Notes: generated from the sequence alone by a model not told the origin. A stretch of DNA of 64,000 nucleotides from Verrucomicrobiales bacterium (GCA_024233305.1 JACKPV010000028.1:93036-157035), one strand, 5' to 3'. Numbered from the stretch's first letter, positions 54,352 to 63,918 are shown. Translations and numbers: made by a program.

Positions 54352-54872
54352 TCCAGCTCGATTTCGATGTCGTCCACGACCGGTTGCCCATCGAGATAGG
54401 CTTGCGAGCGGAAGACCCAGCGCTCGTTTTCCAGGTCATCAAACCGGTACCCCTTCATCTTCAACTCCTCGAGCTTCGAGGGTTCCTTGAAGCATCGCCC
54501 GCATCGTTGGCAGGTGCTCATGAACAGCTCAAGGCGTTGTTGGATGTCGCCAATGGCCGGCGTGGCGTTCTCGAACTCGTGGCTCATGGTGATCGCCTTT
54601 TCGGGACAGACATCCGCGCAACGCCCGCAATAGGTGCACCGGCGGCCGAGGTATTTGATGATGCGGATTTCCTGACAGACGTCGTACACGAGAATCTCGC
54701 GGGCGGGGCAGTTGCTGGCACAGCCGCCGCAACCGATGCATTTGGCGGCGTCGAAGACCGGCCGACCGCGGAATCGCGCCGGCAAGGGCGAGGATTGCGC
54801 CGGATAGGGCAAGGTGACCCGGCCCGCCCGCAGACAGAGCACCGCTTCCTTCAGTTTGCTGGTAATGGACAT
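54348..54872 (-). CDS. 2x[4Fe-4S] ferredoxin-like subunit (NuoI/HycF-like)
   Basis: The two cluster motifs are CIGCGGCASNCPAREI and CTYCGRCADVCPEKAI. Confidence 0.85.
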   Translation of the reverse strand: MSITSKLKEAVLCLRAGRVTLPYPAQSSPLPARFRGRPVFDAAKCIGCGGCASNCPAREILVYDVCQEIRIIKYLGRRCTYCGRCADVCPEKAITMSHEFENATPAIGDIQQRLELFMSTCQRCGRCFKEPSKLEELKMKGYRFDDLENERWVFRSQAYLDGQPVVDDIEIELD

Positions 54873-54894
54873 CGTTGGCGTTGGCGCGGGGAGT

Positions 54895-55815
54895 TCAGTA
54901 ACCGAAACCAGCCAGCACGAGGGCCACGAAGGAGACCCCCACGAGGCCGCCGTAATAGCGCAGGGCTTGATCGATGCGATAGCGGGCGTGCGTCGCGGCC
55001 ACCAGCGTGACGAGAAGCACCAGCACCAGCACTTTCGCCCAGAAGAGCAGCCAACCGATCGGGAAGACCAGGTGGCTCCCCCAGGGAATGAACAAGGCCA
55101 CGAACAGGCTGCTGTAGATCACCAGGCGCACCATCTGAGCGTATTTGAAGACCGCCAGTTTGGGACCCGAGTATTCAATGAGCGGGCCTTCCATGATCTC
55201 CGTCTCCGCCTCCGCGATGTCAAAAGGCACGCGCTGCACGAAGGCCTGGAACGAAAGCAGCATCACCGCCAGCATGAGCAACCCCGACCATGGCACGCCG
55301 CCACCCGCGTAGACCGAGCCGTCGAGCACCGTCTCCAGCCGGAAGGTGCCGGTGTTCACGGCGCCGATGATCAGGGTGATCGCAAAGAGCGGCTCGAGCG
55401 CGATCATGGTGATCATCTCGCGGCTGATGCCGATGAGGGAAAAGGTCGAACCGGCCGCCAACCCGGCGAGCAGCGTGCAAATCCCCGCCAGCGTCAACAG
55501 GTAGACCAGCAGGATGATGTCCCCCGCCCCCGCCAGCGGGACCGGCGCGCCGAGGGGAATCAGGCAGGCGACGGTCAGCACCGTGGCCAGCGCCAGGTGC
55601 ACCGCGAACCGCTGCATCCACGGGCTCTCCCCGGATTCGATATCCTCCTTGCCGAGCAGTTTCAGCAGGTCGTAGTAGGGCTGCAGCAACGGCGGCCCCT
55701 GCCGCGACTGGATCCGCGCGGTGACCTTGCGCAGCAGGCCCTCGAACAACGGGGCCAGCGCGAGAACCACCACCACATTCGCGAACGACCGGAGGATGAG
55801 GATGAGCACTTCCAT
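54895..55815 (-). CDS. Membrane subunit NuoH/HycD-like
   Basis: About 8 TM helices. The motifs LLRKVTARIQSRQGPPLLQPYYDLLKL and PFDIAEAETEI are NuoH/HycD signatures. Confidence 0.85.
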   Translation of the reverse strand: MEVLILILRSFANVVVVLALAPLFEGLLRKVTARIQSRQGPPLLQPYYDLLKLLGKEDIESGESPWMQRFAVHLALATVLTVACLIPLGAPVPLAGAGDIILLVYLLTLAGICTLLAGLAAGSTFSLIGISREMITMIALEPLFAITLIIGAVNTGTFRLETVLDGSVYAGGGVPWSGLLMLAVMLLSFQAFVQRVPFDIAEAETEIMEGPLIEYSGPKLAVFKYAQMVRLVIYSSLFVALFIPWGSHLVFPIGWLLFWAKVLVLVLLVTLVAATHARYRIDQALRYYGGLVGVSFVALVLAGFGY

Positions 55816-55888
55816 CACGAGATACCGGGCGCGCTTCGGCTCCCGGCGTTCGGGCTTCGTTCGGGTTTCGGATTTCGGCCTTCAGCGT

Positions 55889-57559
55889 TCATCGGCGTCG
55901 CACCAGCCGCAGCAATTCTTCCTGGCTCCAGATCCGTTGGGCGCCGGACCGGATGTCGACCGTCTCCATGCGGTCCGTGCAGGAGAAGCAGGGATCGATG
56001 CTGCCAAGCGAAATGGTCATGTCGGCCAGTTGCTGGTCCTTGATCATCGCCGGCACACCCTGGAGATTCTGATACGTTGGCGCCCGCACCCGCCAGCGTC
56101 GGGGACGGTTGTTTTCGCCGGTGATGATGAAATGATGGCTTTCGCCGCGCGGGGCCTCGACGGAGGACATTCCCATGCGACCCACCGGCAGTTCGTCCTG
56201 GATGTCCAGGGCGAGCGGGCCGGGTTCCATGCGATCGAGACACTGGCGCATGATCCGAATGGACTCGAACACCTCCTTCATGCGGACGACCACCCGGGAC
56301 CAGACATCGGCGCCGTCGGCCGTGATCACATCGAAGTCGAGACGGTCGTAGGCCGCATAAGGATGGTCCCGCCGGGCGTCACCGGGAACCCCGGCGGCGC
56401 GGGCGACCGGCCCCACCAGGCCGGCCTCCTTGACGAGGCGGGCATCGGCAACCCCGACGCCACGGGTGCGCCGCTGGATGTTCCGATCCTTGGAAACGGC
56501 GGCGACAACCGCGGTCCATTCCGTTTCGAGCTTGTCGAGAACCTGGCGCAGTTCGGTCTTGAGTTCGGGCGTGATGTCCCAGCGCACCCCGCCGATGACG
56601 CAAAGGGCGTAGGTCTTCCGGTTGCCACTGATCTTCTCGGCGATCCACATGACCGGCTCGCGGATGCGGAAGGCCTGCATGAAAAGGGTGTCGAAGCCGA
56701 CGATGTGACAGGCGAGCCCGACCCAGAGCAGGTGGCTGTGGAGGCGCTCGAGTTCGAGCATGATGGTGCGGATGTAGGCGGCCCGCGGCGGGATCTCGAG
56801 GGCGGCCGCCGACTCGACGGCCTGGGCGTAGGCGACGTTGTGGACGCAGCCGCAGATGCCGCAGATGCGTTCGGCGGCCATCGGGATGTCGTTGTAGGTG
56901 AGCACCGATTCGGCGAGCTTCTCGATGCCGCGATGCACCATGAAGCCCCGGTACTCGCAGCCACGCACCATTTCGCCCTCGAGGTACAGCCGGAAGTGGG
57001 CCGGCTCGTCGAGCGTGGGATGAAACGGGCCGAAAGGCACCACCGTGCAGCCCTCGGGCGGCTCGTCGAACTTGAATTCACGATCCGGATCGAAGCCCTC
57101 GGGAACGTGGTTCCAGGGCACGTCCTTGCGCAAGGGATGCATGCCCTCGGGCCAGCCGTCCGGCAACACGAGACGTTTGGGATACGCATGTCCGACGGGT
57201 TCGATGCCGACCAGATCGCGGAACTCCCGTTCGGCCCAGTTCGCCGCCGGCACGTCCGCCGTGATCGAGTCGAGCTTCGGATCATCGGCCGGCAACTGCG
57301 TCAGGAAGCTCGCGAGCAGGTGGTCGCGGTCGAAGGCAAAGTTGTGCGCCACCAGAAAGTGACCTGAATGCGGCCGGTCATCGGCCCCGATGCTGATGAT
57401 GTAGCGCGCATCGAGCTGGCGGAAGACGTGGCGGCACACCTCCCGGACCGAGGCCCGGTCGATGAAGACGAACAACCGGTCCTCCGCGGGGAGGTCGGCG
57501 CGCTGGATGGCCGTCCCGAAACGGTCCTTCAGCAGGTTGAGTTTTTCTCGAGCGACCAT
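55889..57559 (-). CDS. Group 4 [NiFe]-hydrogenase large subunit fused to NuoC-like N-domain (HycE-like)
   Basis: The N-terminal 30-kDa-like domain includes ANWAEREFRDLVGIEP. NiFe ligand motifs are RICGICGCVH (proximal) and DPCFSCTDR (distal). A 26-aa C-terminal extension follows. Confidence 0.9.
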   Translation of the reverse strand: MVAREKLNLLKDRFGTAIQRADLPAEDRLFVFIDRASVREVCRHVFRQLDARYIISIGADDRPHSGHFLVAHNFAFDRDHLLASFLTQLPADDPKLDSITADVPAANWAEREFRDLVGIEPVGHAYPKRLVLPDGWPEGMHPLRKDVPWNHVPEGFDPDREFKFDEPPEGCTVVPFGPFHPTLDEPAHFRLYLEGEMVRGCEYRGFMVHRGIEKLAESVLTYNDIPMAAERICGICGCVHNVAYAQAVESAAALEIPPRAAYIRTIMLELERLHSHLLWVGLACHIVGFDTLFMQAFRIREPVMWIAEKISGNRKTYALCVIGGVRWDITPELKTELRQVLDKLETEWTAVVAAVSKDRNIQRRTRGVGVADARLVKEAGLVGPVARAAGVPGDARRDHPYAAYDRLDFDVITADGADVWSRVVVRMKEVFESIRIMRQCLDRMEPGPLALDIQDELPVGRMGMSSVEAPRGESHHFIITGENNRPRRWRVRAPTYQNLQGVPAMIKDQQLADMTISLGSIDPCFSCTDRMETVDIRSGAQRIWSQEELLRLVRRR

Positions 57560-59511
57560 GCGGAGGCGGGTTTCTCGTTGGGATTCTGCGGACGGGGTTC
57601 GACGGCCGGCAGCCGTCCGGCGGCCGGATGCAGGCGGCCGACGGCGCGATGCAGTTCGGTGTAGTAATGCGCGGCGCGCAGCCGATTGGCATCGGTTTCG
57701 ACCGCATAACCGCAAAGCCACGGCGCCGCGGCGCGCTGCGACGATCCTCCCGCGCGGGCCAGCAGGCGGACCAGGGCGAAAAGCCCCAGCATGAGCGCCA
57801 GGAGGAGCAAGGGCGCATAGACCGCGGTATTCGTCGCGGCGACAAGTCCGGCAGCACTGGCGGTCACCGGTCCGATGGTGTCCGGGGCGGTGGCCAGTCC
57901 GTGCGGACTCATCGCCAGAGCGCGCGACACGAAGGCGAAACCAAGAAACGGCAGCAACCCGGCCGCAACGCAGAGCGTCGCCAGGATCACCTGCGCGGTC
58001 CGCATCTTGCGCGAAACCTCAAGGCGCCCGAGAGCCTGCCGGCGTTCCTCGACCAACCGGCTGGTTCGCGAAAGGAAGATCGCCCCGTAAAACTTCATCA
58101 TCAGCGCGAGCGTGAGTGCGCTGGTCAACACCGCGACCGCGCCGCAAACCGGCAACCAGCGCGAGGCCGCCGTACCCTGCAAGGCCGCCGTAAACATCGG
58201 CCACTTGCTGGCGTAGCCGCTCAGCAGGGGCACCCCCGCGATGGCCAGACTGCCGACGAGGGCCGTAAACCCGGTGACGGGCATGTGGCGTTGAAGGCCG
58301 CCAAGTTTGTTCATGTCCTGGGTGCCGGTGGCGTGCAAAACCGCGCCCGCGTCCAGGAAGAGCAGGCTCTTGAAGACGCCATGATTCAAGGTGTGGAAGA
58401 GGGCGCCCGTCAAGGCGATCCCCGCCAGCGCTCCCGTTGCGGGCGTCCCTTCGCCCAGGAGCACCAGACACACCCCCAGGCCAAACAGGATGTAGCCGGC
58501 CTGGCCGATGCTGGAGAAAGCCAGCAGACGCTTCGACTGTTCCTGTTGCAGGGCCCGGAATGTGCCCGTGAACAGGGTCAGCGTGCCGAGGAACAGAAAC
58601 GCCAGGCCCCAACCGCCGATGGGGTAGTCGGCCCGCACCTCGGACGGCACCAGCCAAAGGAAGTACCGCATCAATCCGTAAACGCCGGTCTTGAGCATCA
58701 CCCCGGACAACAAGGCGCTCACCGGGGAAGGCGCCGCCGGATGGGCGTCCGGCAACCAGAACTGGCCGAAGGGCCACATCCCCAGCTTGATGCCGAAACC
58801 GGTCAGGAACAGCGTCAGCGCAACCGCCACCCAACCCGGGTGCCCGGCCAGCAAAGCAGGCATGTGATGCGCCACGGCATCGAAATCGAAGCGCATCAAT
58901 TCCGTGCCAGCCACGGTCTCCAAGCCGTCCTGCGCCAGCATGGCGGCACCCAGCATGGTGACGGCACACGCGAATTGCATCATCCACAGGAAACGCGCCG
59001 CGGCCTGCCGGTGGCCTGGGCACGATCGTTCATAGCGGATCATCGCCCAGCCCGTGAGCGTCATCATCTGCCAGAAGATGAAGAAGAACCACATCATGTC
59101 GGTCGTGCTCACCAGGCCGAGCATGGCGGCAATGAAGACCAGCAGATGCGGGTAGAAACGCCCCGCGCTCCGCGGACGGTGGGACGTCATATAGTCGATC
59201 GCGTGGAATGCCGCCGGCACGCTGACCACGGCAATCAACGCCAGGAACACCGCGCTCAAGCCGTCCACGTAAAGCCGCAGAGCGAAACCGAGCGGCGGCA
59301 GTGAGAGAAAGGTCACTCCCGGTCCGGGACCGTGGCGCAGCACGCCGGCCACCGCGCCGCCCACGAGCGCCGCCGTCGTCAGGATGACCCCGAAACTCAC
59401 CCAACCGGCCACCCGCCGCCGATGATCGATGAACAGTGTGAAGACCGCGCCGCCGAGACACAGCACGATGGCGCCAAGCACCGCGTGTTCAGGAGTGGTG
59501 AAGCCGGTCAT
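57529..59511 (-). CDS. Antiporter-like membrane subunit (NuoL/HycC/HyfB-like), copy 2
   Basis: 660 aa and polytopic. DMMWFFFIFWQMMTLTGW, LPDAHPAAPSPVSALLSGVMLKTGVYG and HTLNHGVFKSLLFL are present. Confidence 0.85.
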   Translation of the reverse strand: MTGFTTPEHAVLGAIVLCLGGAVFTLFIDHRRRVAGWVSFGVILTTAALVGGAVAGVLRHGPGPGVTFLSLPPLGFALRLYVDGLSAVFLALIAVVSVPAAFHAIDYMTSHRPRSAGRFYPHLLVFIAAMLGLVSTTDMMWFFFIFWQMMTLTGWAMIRYERSCPGHRQAAARFLWMMQFACAVTMLGAAMLAQDGLETVAGTELMRFDFDAVAHHMPALLAGHPGWVAVALTLFLTGFGIKLGMWPFGQFWLPDAHPAAPSPVSALLSGVMLKTGVYGLMRYFLWLVPSEVRADYPIGGWGLAFLFLGTLTLFTGTFRALQQEQSKRLLAFSSIGQAGYILFGLGVCLVLLGEGTPATGALAGIALTGALFHTLNHGVFKSLLFLDAGAVLHATGTQDMNKLGGLQRHMPVTGFTALVGSLAIAGVPLLSGYASKWPMFTAALQGTAASRWLPVCGAVAVLTSALTLALMMKFYGAIFLSRTSRLVEERRQALGRLEVSRKMRTAQVILATLCVAAGLLPFLGFAFVSRALAMSPHGLATAPDTIGPVTASAAGLVAATNTAVYAPLLLLALMLGLFALVRLLARAGGSSQRAAAPWLCGYAVETDANRLRAAHYYTELHRAVGRLHPAAGRLPAVEPRPQNPNEKPASAWSLEKNSTC

Positions 59512-61433
59512 GGGTGGTCGGGCTCCTTCAGGTTGGGGCTCCCTGCCCCGCCGGACCGCGGCGCGCCGCCAATCCAGCGGAACCAGCGTTTGAACTCAGC
59601 ATAGTATCCGTGCGCGGTGAAACGATTGGCTTCGCCGGCCTGCGCATACCCGGTCAACCAGGGGCTGTCCGTGCGCCGACTCGATCCCCCCGCTCTCGCC
59701 AGCATCGCGCCGCCCAACCCGAGGAGGGCCAGCAAGGCCAGGACCGCCAGCGGGACCAAGTGCGCCCCACCGCCGAGCACCGCTTGCATTCCCGGCAGGC
59801 CTTCCGCCGTTCGGACCGCCGCGGCCAGGGTTTCCCCCAACCCCTCGCGACTGGCGTTCAGCGCGCGCGTCGCGAGTCCGAACGCGACCGCCGGCGCCAG
59901 ACCAAACACGACACACGTCGCGGCGAGCAGGAGCTGCGGCGCCAGGAGGGTCCAGTCCTTTTCCAGCCGCTTCCGGCCGGCCGCCGCTTGCGTCACGGTT
60001 TCGCTGGCCCGCCCGAGAAAGCCGGCGCCGAAGAACTTGATGAAGGACGCCAGGGTGACCGCACTGGTCAGGATGGCCAGCACGCCGCATACGGGCAGCC
60101 ACCAGCCGGCGGGAACGCCCTGGATGGCGCCCGTGTAGATCGTCCACTTGCTCAGGAACCCGTTGAACCCGGGCACCCCGGAAATCGAGAACGAGGCCAC
60201 CAGCACCGTGATCCCCGTGACCGGCATCCATTTGAGCAAACCACCCAACCGGTTGAGGTCCTGCGTGCCGGCGGCCAGCAGCATCGAGCCCGAGTTCAAG
60301 AACAGCAGGCTCTTGAAGGTCCCGTGATGAACGGTATGCAACAGCGCCCCCATGAACGCCACCGTGGCCACGGGCGCCAGCGCCGCATCGTTCAACCCGA
60401 GGACCGCGAGGCAGGCGCCGATGCCCAGCAGGATGTAGCCCACCTGACCAATGCTGTGGAAGGCCAGCAGACGTTTCGTCTGTTCCTGGCGCAGTGCCTG
60501 CAGCGTGCCGGTGAGCAGAGTGACCGTGCCGAGGCCGGCCAGCAACGCCCCCCAGGTCGTCATCGGGTACGCCCCGGTGGCCTCCGCCGGCACCAGCCAC
60601 AGAAAGTAGCGCATGATGCCGTATACCCCGGTCTTCAGCATGACCCCCGAGAGCAGCGCGCTCATCGGCGACGGCGCCGCGGGATGCGCGTCGGGCAGCC
60701 AGACCTGTCCGAAGGGCCACATGCCCAGCTTGATGCCAAACCCGACCAGGAACAGCGCGAAGGCCAGCGCCACGCGACCGGGATGACCCTCGAGCAGCGC
60801 CGGCAGATTGGCGCTCACCGTCTCGAAGTCGAAGCGCAAGCCCGCGCCGACCGTCGGCGTCCCCGCCGCCAGCAAACCCGCCCCGAGCATGGTGACCGCA
60901 CAGGCGATCTGCATCATGACGAGGAACTTCAAGGCCGCGCGGCGGTTGGCGGCGTTCCGGTGCTCGAAGCGGATCATCACGAACCCCGGCAGGGTCATCA
61001 GCTGCCAGAAGATGAAGAAGAACCACATCATGTCCGTGGTGCTCACCAGCCCGTACATCGCCGCGATGAATACCAACAACCACGAGTAGTAACGCCGGAC
61101 TCCATAGTCCGGATAGAGATCCATATAGCGGATCGAGAACAGCGTGGCCGGGAGCGCGATGCTGGCGATCAGCCCGATGAACACCGCCGTCAAGCCGTCC
61201 ACATGCAACGTCAGCGCGAAGCCCAGGGCCGGCAGGCGCAGGAATGTCTCGGGAGCCGTGCCACCGTCGATCAGCGATCGTGCGGCGGCGAAGAGGGCGA
61301 ACATGCTCGCGATGGTGGTCACCAGGAACGTCAACCAACCCGCCAGTCGTCGATTCGCCGCGACCACCGCCGTCACTGCGGCGCCCGCCAGACAGAGGAC
61401 CAAAGCAATCAGCAAGGCTTGCGCGGGGGTCAT
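59508..61433 (-). CDS. Antiporter-like membrane subunit (NuoL/HycC/HyfB-like), copy 1
   Basis: The start is trimmed to the ATG at 61433 (MTPAQALLIALVLCLAGAAV). It carries the same conserved blocks as copy 2 (DMMWFFFIFWQLMTLPGF, LPDAHPAAPSPMSALLSGVMLKTGVYG). ATGA overlap with copy 2. Confidence 0.85.
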   Translation of the reverse strand: MTPAQALLIALVLCLAGAAVTAVVAANRRLAGWLTFLVTTIASMFALFAAARSLIDGGTAPETFLRLPALGFALTLHVDGLTAVFIGLIASIALPATLFSIRYMDLYPDYGVRRYYSWLLVFIAAMYGLVSTTDMMWFFFIFWQLMTLPGFVMIRFEHRNAANRRAALKFLVMMQIACAVTMLGAGLLAAGTPTVGAGLRFDFETVSANLPALLEGHPGRVALAFALFLVGFGIKLGMWPFGQVWLPDAHPAAPSPMSALLSGVMLKTGVYGIMRYFLWLVPAEATGAYPMTTWGALLAGLGTVTLLTGTLQALRQEQTKRLLAFHSIGQVGYILLGIGACLAVLGLNDAALAPVATVAFMGALLHTVHHGTFKSLLFLNSGSMLLAAGTQDLNRLGGLLKWMPVTGITVLVASFSISGVPGFNGFLSKWTIYTGAIQGVPAGWWLPVCGVLAILTSAVTLASFIKFFGAGFLGRASETVTQAAAGRKRLEKDWTLLAPQLLLAATCVVFGLAPAVAFGLATRALNASREGLGETLAAAVRTAEGLPGMQAVLGGGAHLVPLAVLALLALLGLGGAMLARAGGSSRRTDSPWLTGYAQAGEANRFTAHGYYAEFKRWFRWIGGAPRSGGAGSPNLKEPDHP

Positions 61434-62002
61434 CGCATCACCTCCATCGCCGGTTGAACCACCCTTGGCCGGGACGAACCGCCGGACCTCACGAGCAGCC
61501 CGCCTAGGAGCTCCGCCAGCGCCTCGACCGTGCGCTGCACCGGTTCGCTGAGCGCACAGACAGCGTCGTTCCCCCATCGCATGGCAGCCGCGCCCCCCCC
61601 GCCCTGCGCAACGGTCCGGGGCTGGACGCCCAGCAAGCCAACCTTCCGGCGCCCGTCGCTTTCGATCAACCGGGCGAGCAGGCCGAGCGCCAGCTTGTGG
61701 GTCGAAACCTGCGGATAACGCGCGGTTATTTCGTCGGTCTCGAGCAGCACCACCGAACCGGGCGGGCCGCGGAATTCGGTGGCGTCGAGGAAGAGCACCC
61801 GCTCACAACCCGTGGCCGCGATGGCGTCGAGCAGGCGCTCCGGCTCCGTGCCGGCGAACAGGACCGGTTCAACCCCGGCGCCCGCCAGTTGCTCGGCCAG
61901 GCACATCCCGAGGGCATCGTCGCCCTGGCCGACGTTCCCCACCCCGACCACACAGACCCGGCCGGTCAGGAGCGCTTCGAGCTGTTCACGCAGTCCGGGC
62001 AT
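61430..62002 (-). CDS. Hydrogenase maturation endopeptidase (HycI/HybD-like)
   Basis: ATG at 62002 overlaps the upstream stop (ATGA). GVGNVGQGDDALG, FLDAT and VSTHK supply the Asp/Asp/His metal ligands typical of these proteases. Confidence 0.75.
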   Translation of the reverse strand: MPGLREQLEALLTGRVCVVGVGNVGQGDDALGMCLAEQLAGAGVEPVLFAGTEPERLLDAIAATGCERVLFLDATEFRGPPGSVVLLETDEITARYPQVSTHKLALGLLARLIESDGRRKVGLLGVQPRTVAQGGGGAAAMRWGNDAVCALSEPVQRTVEALAELLGGLLVRSGGSSRPRVVQPAMEVMR

Positions 62003-62847
62003 CAGATTTCCTCCCCCAGCTTGCGGATTTGCTCGAAGGTGAAGACCGGGCCGTCGACGCAGACATAGGAGACCCCGATGCAGCAATGCCCGCACTTGCC
62101 CACGCCGCACTTCATGTAGCGTTCGAGGGTCGACACGATGTTGCGGTCCTCGAAGCCGAGTTTCTTGAGGTCCATGATGACAAACCGGAACATGATGGGC
62201 GGCCCGCAGACGAACGCCGTCGTGTTCTCGACCGGCAGGTTGACGCCCTCCTTCTGGAACAGGCTCCCGACCACGCCCGTGTGCCCGGTCCAACCGTCAT
62301 CCCCCCGATCCACGGTCAGATGGCATTCGATGCCGCCCGCTTTTTCCCATTCCTTGAGGTCGGGTCGGTACATCAGTTCCTGGGGCGTCTTCGAGCCGTA
62401 GAAGATCTGGATGCGGCCGAATTTCTCGCGGTGGGCCAGCGCGTAGATGATGCACGAACGCAGCGGAATCAACCCGATGCCGCCCGCCACGAACACGAGG
62501 TTGCGCCCCGCGTAGGCGTCCATCGGAAACCCGTTGCCGTAAGGACCGCGGACGCCGAATCGCGCGCCGGGCTGGAGGGCGTGCAACGCGGCGCTGCAAC
62601 TGCCCACCGTGCGGATGGTAAAGAAGGTCTCCTCCTCGGTGGGACTGGGCGGCAGCGAGGCGGGGAATTCCCCGACGCCGAACAGCGACACCTGGGCGAA
62701 CTGCCCGGGCATGAACCGCCGGAACGCCGCCTGCTCAGCCGCATCCTCGAAGTGCCAGAAAAACGTCCGGACGTCCGTGATCTCGTCGACCACGCGGTCC
62801 AGCACCGCCAGTTTCGGCAGGTAAATGTTGTCAGCGGGCGACGGCAT
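62002..62847 (-). CDS. FAD/NAD(P)-binding [2Fe-2S] oxidoreductase subunit (sulfhydrogenase gamma HydG / AsrB / PyrK-like)
   Basis: Ferredoxin-reductase-type fold motifs are FFTIRTVG and VFVAGGIGLIPL. The C-terminal cluster motif is MKCGVGKCGHCCIGVSYVCVDGPVF. The start is ATG at 62847 or TTG at 62865. Confidence 0.8.
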   Translation of the reverse strand: MPSPADNIYLPKLAVLDRVVDEITDVRTFFWHFEDAAEQAAFRRFMPGQFAQVSLFGVGEFPASLPPSPTEEETFFTIRTVGSCSAALHALQPGARFGVRGPYGNGFPMDAYAGRNLVFVAGGIGLIPLRSCIIYALAHREKFGRIQIFYGSKTPQELMYRPDLKEWEKAGGIECHLTVDRGDDGWTGHTGVVGSLFQKEGVNLPVENTTAFVCGPPIMFRFVIMDLKKLGFEDRNIVSTLERYMKCGVGKCGHCCIGVSYVCVDGPVFTFEQIRKLGEEI

Positions 62848-63916
62848 CGGCGGACTCGGTTTCAACGGTGGCCCGGCGGATCATCTCGACGACGCTCGGC
62901 ATGCCGATGTCGCCATGGCAAACGGCCACGCACCGGCCGCAGCCGACGCAGGCCATCGAGAGTTCACGCTGGATGAAATAGTGGGCCAGCTTCCGGAAGA
63001 AGCGGCGGTTGCGACGGTCGTGGACGGCATGGCGCGGGTTGTGTCCGCCGGCCATCCGGGTAAAACCGTGCAGCGCGCACGAGTCCCATAACCGCACCCG
63101 TTCGTACTCGCCCGGACCGACGCGGCGGTCGCTGACGGTGAAGCACGTGCAGGCGGGGCAAACGTAGGTGCACCCGCCGCATTCCAGGCAGCGGGATCCG
63201 ATCTCCTGCCAGGTCTTGTCGAGGATCTTCCCCTGCGAAACGTAGCGAACGGTCGCCGCGAACCAGCTGGTCATGGTTTTGAACCGCCTGCGTGTTTCCG
63301 CAAGAATCGCGCGCCGCCGCTCGACATGCTCGGGACCGGCGGGTTGGAAAACCGGATCGCTGAACAACGATTCACCCTTGGGCGTGCCGGCCACCGCCAT
63401 GTAGACGTCCCCCAGGTCCATCAATTGCAGGTCGAAATGGTCCTTCGCCGCCGGGCCGGTGTCGGTGCAAACGCAGAAGCAGTTTTCGTCAATGTCGTGC
63501 TCCGGATCGGTGCAGACGACGTTCACGAGAAAGAGGTTCCGCCGGCGATGTTCGTAGTAGGTGTCGCGGTAGTCGCGGCCCAGATAGAAACGGTCCAAGT
63601 GATCGATTCCCGCCACGTCGCAGGACCGGATGCCGAAGATCGCCCGGGGCGTTTCATCGAGCGTGGGTTGAAGTTCGTAGGTGCCGTCCGTCTGCTTGAT
63701 CCGCATCAGCTTCTCGATGTGCGGGAAGACGTAGCGTTTGGGCGGGTAATAGGGATTGGGCAGGTGCAGTTCGATGCGATCCCGGTTGGCCTTGGTGACC
63801 GCCTCGAAAAACGTGTCCCGGCCACGACCGCGGAACGGCGCCAGCACCTCGTATTCCTGCCGGAGCAGATCCACGATCCGGAGCACGTCAGGCTTGGCGA
63901 TCAGGCGGGCGCGCAT
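62831..63916 (-). CDS. 4Fe-4S-cluster subunit (sulfhydrogenase beta HydB / AsrA-like)
   Basis: 361 aa. PKRYVFP, GIRSCDVAGI, CLECGGCTYVCPACTCF and CVGCGRCVAVCHGDIGM are present. Confidence 0.8.
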   Translation of the reverse strand: MRARLIAKPDVLRIVDLLRQEYEVLAPFRGRGRDTFFEAVTKANRDRIELHLPNPYYPPKRYVFPHIEKLMRIKQTDGTYELQPTLDETPRAIFGIRSCDVAGIDHLDRFYLGRDYRDTYYEHRRRNLFLVNVVCTDPEHDIDENCFCVCTDTGPAAKDHFDLQLMDLGDVYMAVAGTPKGESLFSDPVFQPAGPEHVERRRAILAETRRRFKTMTSWFAATVRYVSQGKILDKTWQEIGSRCLECGGCTYVCPACTCFTVSDRRVGPGEYERVRLWDSCALHGFTRMAGGHNPRHAVHDRRNRRFFRKLAHYFIQRELSMACVGCGRCVAVCHGDIGMPSVVEMIRRATVETESADAVAR

Positions 63917-63918
63917 GG

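Noticed and set aside
55721-61457. Plus-strand ORFs of 548, 558 and 647 aa across the hydrogenase locus
   Set aside because: They are antisense shadows of the HycE-like and NuoL-like genes.
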